DNA from: Setoptus koraiensis
Taxonomy: Eukaryota > Animalia > Arthropoda
Direction: 5' to 3'
DNA length: 64,000 bases
NCBI GenBank assembly: GCA_048013815.1
Contig: CM106586.1
Location: forward strand, 11,036,001 to 11,100,000
Below are positions 1-12,684 of this stretch, one piece after another. The translations under genes were made by a program, and so were the position numbers. The notes below the pieces were generated by a model, which was given only the letters and a program-made list of their open reading frames with translations, was not told the DNA's origin and ran no database searches. Position 1 is the stretch's first letter. Each line of letters begins with the position of its first letter.

Positions 1-3000
1 ATAATCTGGACAATCGCACGACCACAAATAATGGTAAATTGTTGCGAATCGATTGCTAACCACCACTATCACCATCACATATACCGTTATATATATATGT
101 TATATGCGCTCAATAACGAGTATAATAGATTTATAATAAATGAATCAACTTGCATCAGCAGCTGATTTTGCAGCTGATTCTAGTTGTGTCGTTGGCACCA
201 GCACCACTAATGACCAGTGCATGACCACAACCGCAATCATTTTTTTAGCTCACTGCATTTGTGTGTATATGTGCATATCCGACTGTGTCCGATACACGCA
301 ACGATGATGTGATTGGGCTATCGGGGGTAAAAATGGCCGCTAAAAATACGACCTATAATGAGCATGTGAATAATGGTAATTGATTGAACGCGCGCAAACG
401 TGTTGTCTCTAGGATAAGCCATCGATTGATTGATTCTTTGAAACGCCTATAAGCAATGCTGATGAGCGGCGCTGACTAGCCAAGCAGTGGTCAATGTGAA
501 GCTTATTATAGGTTGAAAAATACATAACTAGTGTGGTTGCGTAACAAACTTGTTGCTTGAGCAAATACTATCGCGCTGCCACTGCTTGTTTGCGCCCTCT
601 TACTTAGGTATGAGCCCGCAAACATCCAGCTGCCGGATAATAAAAACTGTTCACTTGGTCGTGGTTTTAATTTAATTAACTGAAGTAGCAATAATCGTTT
701 ATAATTTCAATCATTAATGATTATTAATTTTGTGTGCATGTGTGGATGCAAATATTCTCTCACTCGCTCAGTGTGAGAGAACATTTGCAGAGAGAATCCC
801 CCGTCTCATAACAAGTTTAATTTAATGCTTTCTATCAAGTCAATTTGAATATGCCCAGGCAACAACTTGATTTATGGTGAGATAGGCCAAAATCGAGTGT
901 GTGAGTTGTGAGCCTCGGCAACAACTCATTCTCAGCCTGACCATTTTGACAAATCTCTCTTCACGCTTGCTCTATAGACATTGCTGACCAGCTACAAAGA
1001 TTAGATCATTGCGATTGGCCTAATCATCATAATGAATTGCCACTAAACAAATGAAGCAAGTTAACATTCTCACACTCAACTCAATTCTAGCACACAACAA
1101 CGGTGCGCTGTTTAACAACGGCAACAATTCAACTGGCTTCAATCGGTCGAAGCTGGCAAAAGAAACGATTCTTTGATTAATTTAATCAATAGAATAAGAA
1201 AAGATATTTAACTTATGAAACTGCAACCTGCGAATTTGCACACTTGCCACATCGGGTCTAAATATCAGCTAATAACAACAACAACAACAACAAATCAGCT
1301 CTAAATGCAACAAGCCAGCCGGCCCTAGAGATATCTCAATTATACAAAAAATGACCTTTTTTCACCTGTGCCAGTTTCTTGTTTATTTCATTATGACGCA
1401 ATCAATGAAAATTGTTGATTAAACTGGCGGTAGTTTAATGATGAAGCCGTTCCAATGATGAATGGTCTTTCGCTTCTCCTCTTTTGCTCCCTTTTGGCTT
1501 CTCCGAAACAGAAGAACAAATTAGACAGATTCCCTCTTTATATATCTTCGGCAATATCTATCATATCCTCTCAGTTTAGATACCCACGTTATCACACCTG
1601 TATGCTTGTGTGAATGAGTGTACTGCAAGGCGGCAATTCTCACACAATCGAGCAGCAGCAGTAGTGATTCATTGTCGGCAGAAATGTTGATCAATGCGCT
1701 CAGTTGCTTTTCACAGATTGCGTGAATACAATTCAATTGTTGCAGCAGAACAAGTGGTCATCACGATTATCCATTATGAATGTTTTGTGATATGAATATC
1801 TCCACATAGTAGGCAGTTGGAATTGCTTAATTAACTTTAGCGCATTATTACGACGGTTACGACTAACATTATGATATCATACTGATGGCGTTTCATCTTT
1901 TGACGCTTGATAGCCAAACCACGATCATTGCCCGTCATGTTGGTAGATCTGGAAGATAAAAGGAAACGGCTTCATTTGTGAGTGTGTGCGTTTGTATACT
2001 CTCTATCTTAGAACATCTTAATTAACGATATTCATCTTCGAATGCATTCGTAGTTGATCAATCTCTCTTTGTAGTTAGTTAACCTAGATTAATGTACCAT
2101 TGTGTTTGATTATGAGCAACTGCACGCAGTGGCACCGGCGGCTACTCTCAAACACACCATCATGGATGCGGTCAATTTGTGTTCAATTTAAATTAAATTG
2201 CTATCTGCGTCATCTATCTTGAACTGTCTATTGAATTAAACGCTGCTGATGATGCTTTCATTTAGTTTAAACTTGACTAACCTGAGCACACATCTACAAT
2301 TGCGCAATGATTTTTCATTCCCTCCGATGACACGAACATCTCTCTAAAGGAAACCATGATCCTACAATACATCGCTGAGCTTAATTTAAACCCAATCTTC
2401 AATCTAATGTGCTATGGTCCGCAATTTACTCATTATCACGATTAGTTCAACACACGTACGCCGATTGTGGTTAGCAACCACAATGCTTGTCTGCCTGCTT
2501 GTAAGTGTCTGTCGTGTATCATTGGCTATCTAGTCATCTTTTATAGATCTCAATAATAATCGTTACGCAATCATCGATGGGCGCAAGGATATTTCCAAGT
2601 TTCTATCTGATAAATGAGAAAACAACTATCAATCGGGTCACGACAATTCTATTTGAAATAAATAGATCTGTTGCAACAGCCAGTTGACCAGTTCATCGTT
2701 TCTCAATGTCAGTGGTCAGCACCGGAGTGATTATGATGAATGATTGCATCACCACTCGCAAAATAATGATTCTAACTATCACTTGGACCACTTTAGCGTT
2801 ACATGAAACGATCAAAAGTTGTTATGCGCGAGCGCAAAACAACAATAAATGTACTATGACTGACCACAACAATGATTTGTTGGGTCCATATCATATTAGG
2901 CGAGACCTCTCTCGTATAATATCCTTTTGTGATAAAGTTTTTGCCGGTCGAAAGTTCCAAACACGAGCCATTTTGATAAACTTGATGTCGTTTCAAGTGC

Positions 3001-3419
3001 TTTTATTCTTTTTCATTGTTCTACCAACTAATCGTTCGATCAATCCATAATCAGGTATACATTTACTTCTTTTTCGAGTATAGGCTAGACTATTCGGAAG
3101 AAGATGAAGAACTGTAGCGTGATGTTGATATGAACGTAGTTGAACTGCTCGATGATAATATTAATCATAATCAAAGAGAAGTCACTCTTTCAGATGAAGA
3201 AGATTTCGATGTTATCAAGGATCGTTTTCCATGTCTCTGAATTTCTTTCGCAAGTCCCTGCCCTTGTTTTGGTACCATTTAGGTCTGGGTGTGTAGGTCA
3301 ACACTTGCAATTGTTCCATGTTGGGTGCCTCAGTAACCATGTTGTAAGACCTATTAATAACCTCTGATTTGAGCAATGAGTCGTCACTCGCAACGGGACT
3401 TGGGAAAGGCAATGTGTTT

Positions 3420-5117
3420 TCATATTGTATTATTCTGAGATGCAGCGTTAAGATCTAATGGCCCAGTTCTAGCATCATATAGAAGCTCTGGTTGGTGTTG
3501 TGGCAGCTGATTCTTGGTCAAATAAATTAATTGCATGATCAAATTGACACTATTGGTTATTTCGTTCTTGTGATCATTCATCATATGAGTCTTGAGCCAT
3601 TTTATTGATTTGAAACGCCTGTCACACATCGGACAAGCTTCGGTATAATGACTAAAATATCTATTGTTGTTACTATTCGTTTGGTTAGATGGACCACTAG
3701 TTGTGTGGTTGGTCGATATGAACTTTGAGGTGCTCTGATTTGATGACAGACTAGGCAGGCCCATTGAATTTGAGCCATTTATCAATCCCATTTGCTGACC
3801 CATCAAGACAGAAAAGACATCTTGATTGGTCTGGGGTGCTTGGTTTACGCTGGCCGCATGTGGATGATGCTGATTACGCAATATCTGGTCTACTATTATA
3901 GATGGAGACAAATGACCTGAAGCCAGCTGGTTTGATAATGTGCTAAAAGCGCTCGGGTCTGTCTTGAGAGATGTTGCCAATGATTGCAATATAGTGATGG
4001 CTACCGATTGTTTTTGCTGTTGAGGCGATGAACGAGATGATGTTGCATCAGAGCAATTGGATGAAGATTTATCTTTGTTTGTTTTGTGACTACTATGATT
4101 TTTATTTTCGGAAACATTACGTTGATCTAATTGTTGTTGTTTTTGTTGGATGCTACTGGTCAGATCGCTAATCAGTTTAAATTGTTTGGGATTCATTAGC
4201 ATTTCTAATAGAGGATTAGTTTGTTGCTGCTCTGTACTACCAGGTGCAATCTGAGAAGATGCTGTACCGAATGAGTTTGAAACTTGATTCTGTTGTTGTA
4301 TTTGTTGGCCTTGCTTGAATAGTGTTGCTTGCTGAAATAATGTCTGAGTTGGATGAGGTTGATCATCACTGGCAATACCATGAGTATTTTGTTTGTGTAC
4401 CTTTAAAAAGTATTTAGAGCATAGTTCTTTATGGCATATATCACAAACCACTCCACCCATGCTATTGCCGCCTATAATGGTGGCTATTTGGCGTTGATCA
4501 TGACTAAAACTATTGATGTTATTATTACTGTCACTACCATCGTCTTTATCTTGATATTGTTTTGGTTGTTCCAAATTGATACCGTGCATCTTTAACATGT
4601 GTGTTTTCATGAAGTACTTATTGCAAAGTTCCTTATTACAAATAGTACAATAATTTATTCTTGATTGCGCCGGATGACTAATTTGATTTATCTGAGCTAA
4701 ATTGACTTGATTGGCTGCAGCAACAGTGGCAGCGGCGGCCGCTTGCTGAAACAGATTTTGCGAAGGTATTTTGTTAGCTTGATTGCATGCTAAGCTAGTC
4801 AAAAAAGCTACTTGTTGCTGTTGGATAAGCTGATGATAATGATCGATGGCTGATATACTGCTCTTGTTGACATTGTTGATTTTGCCACCGCCTGCCATGA
4901 AGTTGGCCAAATAGTTGGCCAAGATTATGGGGTCAGCTGAGGCTTGTTGCTGAAGCATGGCGGCGTTGAGGGCCATCAATAGTTGATTATTACAATGTTG
5001 TTGTTGTTGTTGTTGTTGTTGATTTACATTGGCGTCGGTGAATGACGAGTCATCATTGGAACAAGTATCAATGTTTAGATTGGCACAAGTATCGGCGGTT
5101 GTTTGTTGATTTGTCAT
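3420..5117 (-). CDS. C2H2 zinc-finger transcription factor with Q/N-rich low-complexity regions
   Basis: 565-aa ATG ORF with three C2H2 fingers: CTICNKELCNKYFMKTHMLKMH, CDICHKELCSKYFLKVHKQNTH and CPMCDRRFKSIKWLKTHMMNDH. It has poly-Q tracts and a C-terminal PLDLN (PxDLS-like) motif. Upstream exons cannot be excluded. Confidence 0.88.
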   Translation of the reverse strand: MTNQQTTADTCANLNIDTCSNDDSSFTDANVNQQQQQQQQHCNNQLLMALNAAMLQQQASADPIILANYLANFMAGGGKINNVNKSSISAIDHYHQLIQQQQVAFLTSLACNQANKIPSQNLFQQAAAAATVAAANQVNLAQINQISHPAQSRINYCTICNKELCNKYFMKTHMLKMHGINLEQPKQYQDKDDGSDSNNNINSFSHDQRQIATIIGGNSMGGVVCDICHKELCSKYFLKVHKQNTHGIASDDQPHPTQTLFQQATLFKQGQQIQQQNQVSNSFGTASSQIAPGSTEQQQTNPLLEMLMNPKQFKLISDLTSSIQQKQQQLDQRNVSENKNHSSHKTNKDKSSSNCSDATSSRSSPQQQKQSVAITILQSLATSLKTDPSAFSTLSNQLASGHLSPSIIVDQILRNQHHPHAASVNQAPQTNQDVFSVLMGQQMGLINGSNSMGLPSLSSNQSTSKFISTNHTTSGPSNQTNSNNNRYFSHYTEACPMCDRRFKSIKWLKTHMMNDHKNEITNSVNLIMQLIYLTKNQLPQHQPELLYDARTGPLDLNAASQNNTI

Positions 5118-5302
5118 ATTGATGGCTGTCGTATTAATTATTATTTATTATTATTAATTATTATTTATATATATAAAATGACGATCGCGCAAAAAGATTC
5201 GATCCACTGCTAGCACAAAACACGACTGGCACAATGCTGCCACCGGTGCTCTCGAGGGACGCTCAAATTTGCGCACGGCGCACACTGTTTGCGCATTTGT
5301 TC

Positions 5303-5340
5303 CACACACACACACACACACGCACACACACACACACACG
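5303..5340. repeat. (CA)n microsatellite, imperfect
   Basis: Direct reading of the CA dinucleotide run, with one CG interruption. Confidence 0.95.
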
Positions 5341-8250
5341 CAACATTTGCGCCACACTTTGGATGGTGTGAGCAATGATGTAAATATTGTTGGCAAACAA
5401 ACATTCGAAATTCGAATGCTCTCAAATGCTAATCCCCTATTTGCCCATCGAGCATGCGCACTGCATCAATTCGATCGGACATTGTGGAAACATTGTTCGC
5501 TCTAATATAGGCCAATCGAGCCCTTTGTGCGTGGCTGCATGCATTACAGCACTACATTGAGACTCATACTCATGTGCGCGTTCACACAATTCATAAGTGT
5601 GACTAACTGAATCAAATTCGAAAGACGCCCCCTGGCGTTAGCTGGGAGCTCCGCCTAAGCGGGCCGCAAAAATTTGAATCAATCGAAGATTATTCTTTTT
5701 TCTATTGTTTGTTTTTTAGCGAAATTCTCTTTATCTCTTTCTGCGCTGAGCGACTGTGTGAGCCAGTGCCTTGCCAGAGAATAATAATATATATGGGAGC
5801 GCAATTAACGCTCTCATATTTGCACTGACGCCCCACGCTAGACCTAAAACTAAGATTATATTGTCGCCATTTTGCATGCATCTGCTGCAAATCAATTGCA
5901 CGGCGGTTAGCTGGCTTCGATTGTGGTTCAGACTGTGCGCTCGTCGTCATCATTAGTATCACTTGTGAGTTCGCCGCTGAGTTCGCCGCTGAATTTAGCC
6001 GCTTCGAAACGCTAATCAGTGTGGCTCAAAAGCTGACTGCTTGATTTGATAAGAACTAAACTTGTGAGCGCTGGATAATCGCGCGTTCACGCGCCACGAG
6101 ACGCTACTGCTCGCCTATTGGAATCTTAATCTATTGGATACTAGCAAAATTCTTAAATTAACAACAACATGCAATATATTAGATTATTTTGATTCACACT
6201 AAGAATGCTGTTAATGTGCTGGGCAGAGTTCACTCAAGATATCATGGAGCTTATCTAACATTTGAATCATCATCATCATCTTCAATGATGCCTCACCAAA
6301 ACTAGCGCTAGCTTGTGCAAACCAATTTAGCTGAGTTAGATAATAAGCTGCAAAATAATAATAATACTAATAGTAATAATAATCTGTGCAGCTAACAATA
6401 GCACACACACACAACGGATGAGCTTACTGTTTGCCAGACTGGAGACTAATTATGCTGTAACAATTGAAATTTTTTGACAATTATTATCTCTAAATAAAAT
6501 CTAGCCGGAGACGGAGGCAGCTTGCATAAACTGAAAACATACAAAAAGCGCTCATCTAAAGCGCATTAATACTTGTTGTCGCAACATCAGCAGCAGCAGT
6601 TGTCGTCGATGCCGTCGTCGTAGTCGTCGTCGTCGTCTTCGTTGAAGTTGTTTCTCCTCTTTGACTTGATTTGGTAGTTGCCGTTGCCATACTCGTCGCC
6701 GTCGTAGTCGTTGCTCACCCTGTGTTTCCACTGACTATGGACAACGAGACTAACTGGCAACTTTTTTTGCGTTTTTGTAAAAAATCACCCTTACTCCCAC
6801 TCTGACTACTGCTGGTATCGTCGATCTGATCAGAGAATATTCTCGAACATACACATTATATCATGTCATATTGTCAAGTGCTCCCGCAGCATGAACATTG
6901 TAAACATTGTGAGCATCGGTGCCATTGATTTGATGGCGCCACTGCACGGCATCGAAGCCAGCGAAATAATAAAAAATGACAGAAAGAGCAGGTTTTTTTT
7001 CAGTTTCTGCTCGTACCTATCGAATTTTTTCTTGTTTATTCGCAAACTGGATAACTCGCGCTGGCGCGCGCGCGCTCTTCTTTTTCTCCTGTCAAATTTT
7101 TGCACCAATTTCGCGCGCTTCTTGCATCAAGTGATCAAGTAATCGACAGAGAGAAAGATAGAGAGAATGGAGTATGGTTTTTAACCAAGATTATCATTTC
7201 AGATTATTAGATTACCAGATTGCGCTTGTGCTGCAAAGCTGTTGCTGGCGCTCAATAGTTGTTTGTTGAATGCATACATGCGCACCATATCCATATGAGT
7301 ATAAAGTTGTCTGAAGAACGCATGCACTGCTGATAATCTAGCATATAATATTTATATATAAGCTTGGCCCCACATCATGCGAGCCACGTCGAAACAGCTG
7401 AGAGATGTTGTGAAAGATGATGCGATCGAAGATAAGACTGTGAATGAAATAAGTAAGATGTTGAAAACTCGTTTATTCCTCGCACACACGAGAGCCGGGC
7501 TTTGCATCATTAACTTTAATTGGCTGACTACCAGCCCAAACTAGATTACGCAGTGTGTTACAACGAGCGAGCGTATCAATAATACAAGGCGGTCTAAAAC
7601 AAATTATCAATCGAAGCGACCTTTTCACAATTATTACTCATTTGTTTTGATTTGTTCCTATTGCGAGCATTCAGATATGATTCGCGCCGACACTGTTACG
7701 CCCATAGACTTGATTTGGGGCAGTAATGCCTTACTCAGCACGTGAGCAACCAAACAAACAAACTAGATCGGTCCGTTTGACCGTGTCAACTCGCTGTCAG
7801 CTGCTCTCCCGAAATCGTTAGAAACGAGATATCCAGAGATATCGAGCTTCGAGCGAAGCTTTAATAAAAATAATTCTAATTACAGTATGCAAATAATTTA
7901 ACGTATACTGCGCAATTCAACGGCGACGACGACAACAATCGCTTTTGAGGCCGCTGCCAAGGATCGCAATGGTTCTGTGCCTAGTGGCGACATTCTTCAC
8001 TTGATTGCATAAATAAGCATTAATAAGTTAGTGGTGATTATAAGTTGGTGTGATAAAGGAAAAATGTTCATTAATTTCAATCTATCGGCTGGATTATCGG
8101 CACCACTATTCGCTCCTCCCGCTCGCACTCGCCTCTGATGGCCGTCACAGCCTAAGTAATGTCTGAACTTGCTCGAATGAATTACCGAGGGACCAGTATT
8201 GAAAGGAGACATAGTTTAAATCAATTATCATCCTTCATACAAACGCACAC

Positions 8251-8288
8251 ATATAAATATATATATATTTATATATATATATATATAT
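8251..8288. repeat. (TA)n microsatellite, imperfect
   Basis: Direct reading of the TA run. Confidence 0.9.
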
Positions 8289-11200
8289 GCATGCACATAA
8301 ATATATCTCAATATAGAGAGATGTGCAATAATCAATATTTTAATTACTTGAGGGATGCACGCGTCATAGTGCAAACGTTGGCCCTCAAAAAATGTTTTTG
8401 GCGCCCGTCGGCGCCCCGTTCGAAAAAAATGATAGAAAGCGGAGAAATGGAAGGAAGAAGGGCCAAGAGGAGGCAGACAAAAAATAAAGAGGTTTTTTGT
8501 TTTCACTTCCCGTGTTCCTTTATTCCCTCTTTTCTTTTTCTCTCACTCGCTCGCTCGCTCGCTGGGCGGCTTAGGCGTCCTCGTTCGTCTAGTAAACATT
8601 ATGATTATTTTCTTTCAGAGTCTTCACAAGTTGATCTGATAGTGGGCCCAATTTTATCTTGGGGCTCACATCAAGAGCGCTAGCGTTGTTTTTGTTATCT
8701 CAGTAGTTGACGCCACAGTTTCGTGGCCCATTACAGCCCATCGCGATTGGCGCTCGTTTCATATCTTTTCGGCATTCATCTATGCAAGATTATAGGACGT
8801 TAATTATGAAGAATTGAAAGAATACTACACACAAGATGAATTCTGCCTTCATTTACATCCCACACAAGCCCTCTTCTCTTCCTGCCTCCTCTAGCGCCCT
8901 CCCCCCCCCCACCGATTTCTTTCGAGACTACACGCGACAGGCCACGATTGAACGCAATTCAAGTGCACGTGCTGAGGGCGCAACGGGATCACGTGCCCTG
9001 CGCCATTCTGTACTGGCTAGGTCGTCGATGGTGGTTCTTTGCTTGCTTGGGTGTTTCTTTGCGGAGAGCGGGTGTTCATTGCTATTGCTATCATTCTGTA
9101 CACAGCAAGCGAGTAGTAAAAACTAGGCCGCCCATTGTAAGTGGTGCCCCCCAAGTTGGCTTGATTGGACTTGGCGGTTGTCAGTAGAGCAAACAGAAGA
9201 AGTAAATATAGCTCCGTTCTGGGCGTGCGTTCAGTTTGTGGGCGAGAGAGGGTAACGAACACAAAAAAAAATCTAATCAAACATAATTAAACTTTTAATT
9301 ACTCACGATCATGGCGCTATGTTCTCGACCGAGAGAAAGGCTCCTCCGTGTGCCAGTGCCACGTATACATTTTTGGGAATTTCTTTCAAATCGGGCCATT
9401 CTGGTTGGCCACGTGTTTGTGCCTCCATTTTAATGCAAATAGCTCATCGGATGAACGATATCGTCATCGTGGCGATGATGTCACCTCACTGCAGCGATGA
9501 CTCCTACAACCATCAGCACGGAAATGACGCTGATCCACATTCGAACACCCCCATGCATGACCGCAATATGCTCGTGAAATTTGCGTGCCAACCCGGCTGC
9601 TATTTTATGATTCTACGTTGACGTATGGCCCATCATTACAATCTGCCAGGTAATCTCTCTCCCCGATGCTAATGTCTGAAAGAGAGAGAGAAAGCAGGTC
9701 CTGTTGTGGTGCAAAACACAACGAATTACAACAATCAACATGCTCGTCGCAAACAACAACAACCATTGTCTTGTGTCCGCATTAAAACAATGGCAGCCAC
9801 ACAAATATGGAATTTGGAGAATTTGGCCTCTATTACACAACCTTTAATTCTAATTCACAAATTAACAATACTTGATATTCCGCATCAACATGAGCATCAT
9901 CGCTCTTTTTTGATACTCATGTTCACTCTGTTGTTAACAAGTCGGTAGTGGTCAGTATCGGGCACAAGGGTGAATGGAAGAAGGAGAGCAGACCTATAGC
10001 TGATAGTTCATTAGTGTTTGTTAAGGTTCTGTTTTGTTTTGATAAATCCAAATCCATTAACCCCACCCAGAAATTCAATGTTCCAAAAACGCTCATGTGC
10101 GCTGCTCCAAACAGTGGTCCATTGTGTGGTCGTAGCTTGTGGTTGTAATTTATCAACAACAACAATTAATTAATTTCTTTTATCTTTGCCCTCTCGCTCT
10201 CACTCTGCCGGGCACACTACACTATTGCACTATCCAAGAACTGTTGGTTGTGTAATAGTTTGCTAATAAAACTTATTTAAGCGAGCATGCGTGTGTTAAA
10301 GTGTATATTGTAAAACAACCGCTAATAGTGATTTGCATGGTGGCAACAGCATGTAATTCAATATGGGCTTGGTCATTTGCATTGCTATCAGTGAGCGATC
10401 ATGATGATGGTAATAATGTGATGTATAAATGAAAAACTTTTGTTACCTAGATTAAAGTTAATTATTGATTCAGGTAATAGTAAGATCATTCTTTATCATC
10501 TTCAAGGCAATAGATCCTTGCCAGAGTTCTTCTCGCAAGATTGCATTTGCTCTGCGCTCAAATAGGTCAACGGATGGCTGTAAATTTGTTATAATGTTTC
10601 CTGCTGGAACATTACCACATTGTGATTAAAATTGCCACTAATAACAATAATAATGAAATTGCCAGCTATTGACACACAGAACAAAGAGCCGGCTATTGAC
10701 AAACAGAACATAGGGCCAAATATTGCCAATGTTGGTGCATTGTCGTCATTGCGTCATAGCGTTAAGTTGAGCCCACATGAGAGTGAAATTCAAACCAAAT
10801 GTCCCATCCATTGGCGATAGCTCTTATACACAATAGTGGCGAGGCTGATCCATGTAATTGATTGCAAGAGTTACGAGATAATTGTTAGTCTAGACTGTTA
10901 TACACAGACTTGTTAGAGGGACGAGCGTAAACAGTGAAATGAGCCCTCTGCATACATTGTTTGTATCGTCGATGTGGGGAGCGCAATTTATCCATATTAC
11001 GCAAATGAAGCAATTGCTGTTAATCGTTGCAGCAACAAGAACAGAAGATTTCAATCTTTTTACTCCTCTGTAAACTGTGCAACGTGACCGCAATTGAAAC
11101 GCTTTATTGCTGTTTGTTTCACATTTGATAACTAATAACCAAATAACTATCTAACTTACCTTAGAAGAAACACGGTTTGTTTGTTATGTAAATGGCGCTC

Positions 11201-12684
11201 CTATATTATACATGATAGCTGTATAAGCGTGTGTGTGTGTGTGTAAATTACTGTGAAAAAATTCATTCATTTTTTTACATCATTTATATGGGTCGCGCGG
11301 CTCAATCAATTTAAATTGTTTGTTGCTATCACACGAAATGAGAGAGGGAGAGCATATCAAGCAATTCGAATCAACTTTGCATGCCGCCCTGTAGTGTAGC
11401 CTGGAGGTAAACAGTGATCAATTACCTTTTCGCTCATCACCACACAATCAACAAGAGACTACCACATTTGCTACGTGTGAGTTCTTTCTAGACTCTTGAC
11501 TCAATTCGGCCAGATACGATCACAAATGGCCGCCTCTATGTATTATGTAATATGTAAGTTTAGGTTTGTGTCCATTGTTTATTGCAACTAGTTTATTCAT
11601 TATTATCATTAAGTAACAATAATAGCTGCCGGACAAGCCGCCACCTTCGCTGTACCGATGGTATTAGGCGAAGCGGTAGCCGACATTTTTGCCGCAACCG
11701 TTGTGCCGGCTTCTTGATTAGGCGGTTACGCAACCTGGCGTTACTATGGTCCCAAATTAATCACATTAGCCATGTTTGCATCGATGAATGCTCGGCCATC
11801 ACGATTATTACTTTATACAGGATAGGAAATTATTATCGCCACCGGGATCGAGCTCAATTGTTTATTTTCTACATAACCGCAAAACATTAACTACCAACAA
11901 ACAATTGTAACGACAACACACCTCCATTCATTGTTCCGATATTCCTCAATTTTGCGTGTGATCTCGCCCCGGAGGTCGTTCCAGAGTTTCTCAACTCACA
12001 GATAAGCAAGTGGTCTTTACAAGTCCAGTATAGTGCGTCTAGATGAATAATTAATATATGTAGATTGAAATAATTGCTATATGTAATAGTTCTGGTGACA
12101 GTTTGCAGTTTCCCAACAACTTGCGAATGAAAAATGTCGGCTAAACAAGTTTGTAATACGCGCCAACTGCAGACCAGCTCCATTGTGTGCTCGTCTAATG
12201 GCACAGTTCAAGATGTTGAGCAATAAAATATAAGAGCGAAATCTCGCATGTCCAGCTCTTTCAACGTGTCAATGCGCCCTCTCAAGTCGCTGAAAGTAGT
12301 TACAATTTTATTGTTTACACCACAATAAGCTTGTGCGTAAACACACAATAAACAAAAATATTTTTTTTTGTTCTTCGCCTCTGCGTAATTTCAATACATT
12401 CGTGTGGGAATAGTTCGAGAATATTATTATTATATCATTATTATTGTTTTTGCAAATATCGCCCTACAACAGCGTAGATTTGTTTCGCAGACACTCTGGA
12501 TCGTTAGTCGTGGCATCATAAGGAGTAAGGATAATTATTATATTATTGTTGAGCTCCGCTACGATTTTCAGAACCCATAACAACGTAAGCGGCGAATAGC
12601 AACAACAACAGTATTCATCTTTTCCACTGGCTAATATATATTAAAATACTGGCTGACAACGACAACAACAACATTTGGAGAGAG

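Noticed and set aside
3215-3412. 65-aa ORF just downstream of the zinc-finger stop, as a continuation of that gene
   Set aside because: Different frame, no splice donor near the ZnF stop and no recognisable motif; the surrounding 2.7-3.4 kb frames are stop-riddled with no family match.
10661-10710. 27-bp-period duplication within a 62-aa ORF
   Set aside because: A simple local tandem duplication; the ORF has a non-ATG start and no motif.
11887-12204. YWTC...C in a 105-aa minus-strand ORF, as a FLYWCH/MULE remnant next to the OTU gene
   Set aside because: Non-ATG start and only a 4-residue resemblance; the terminal His and other conserved positions are not evident.
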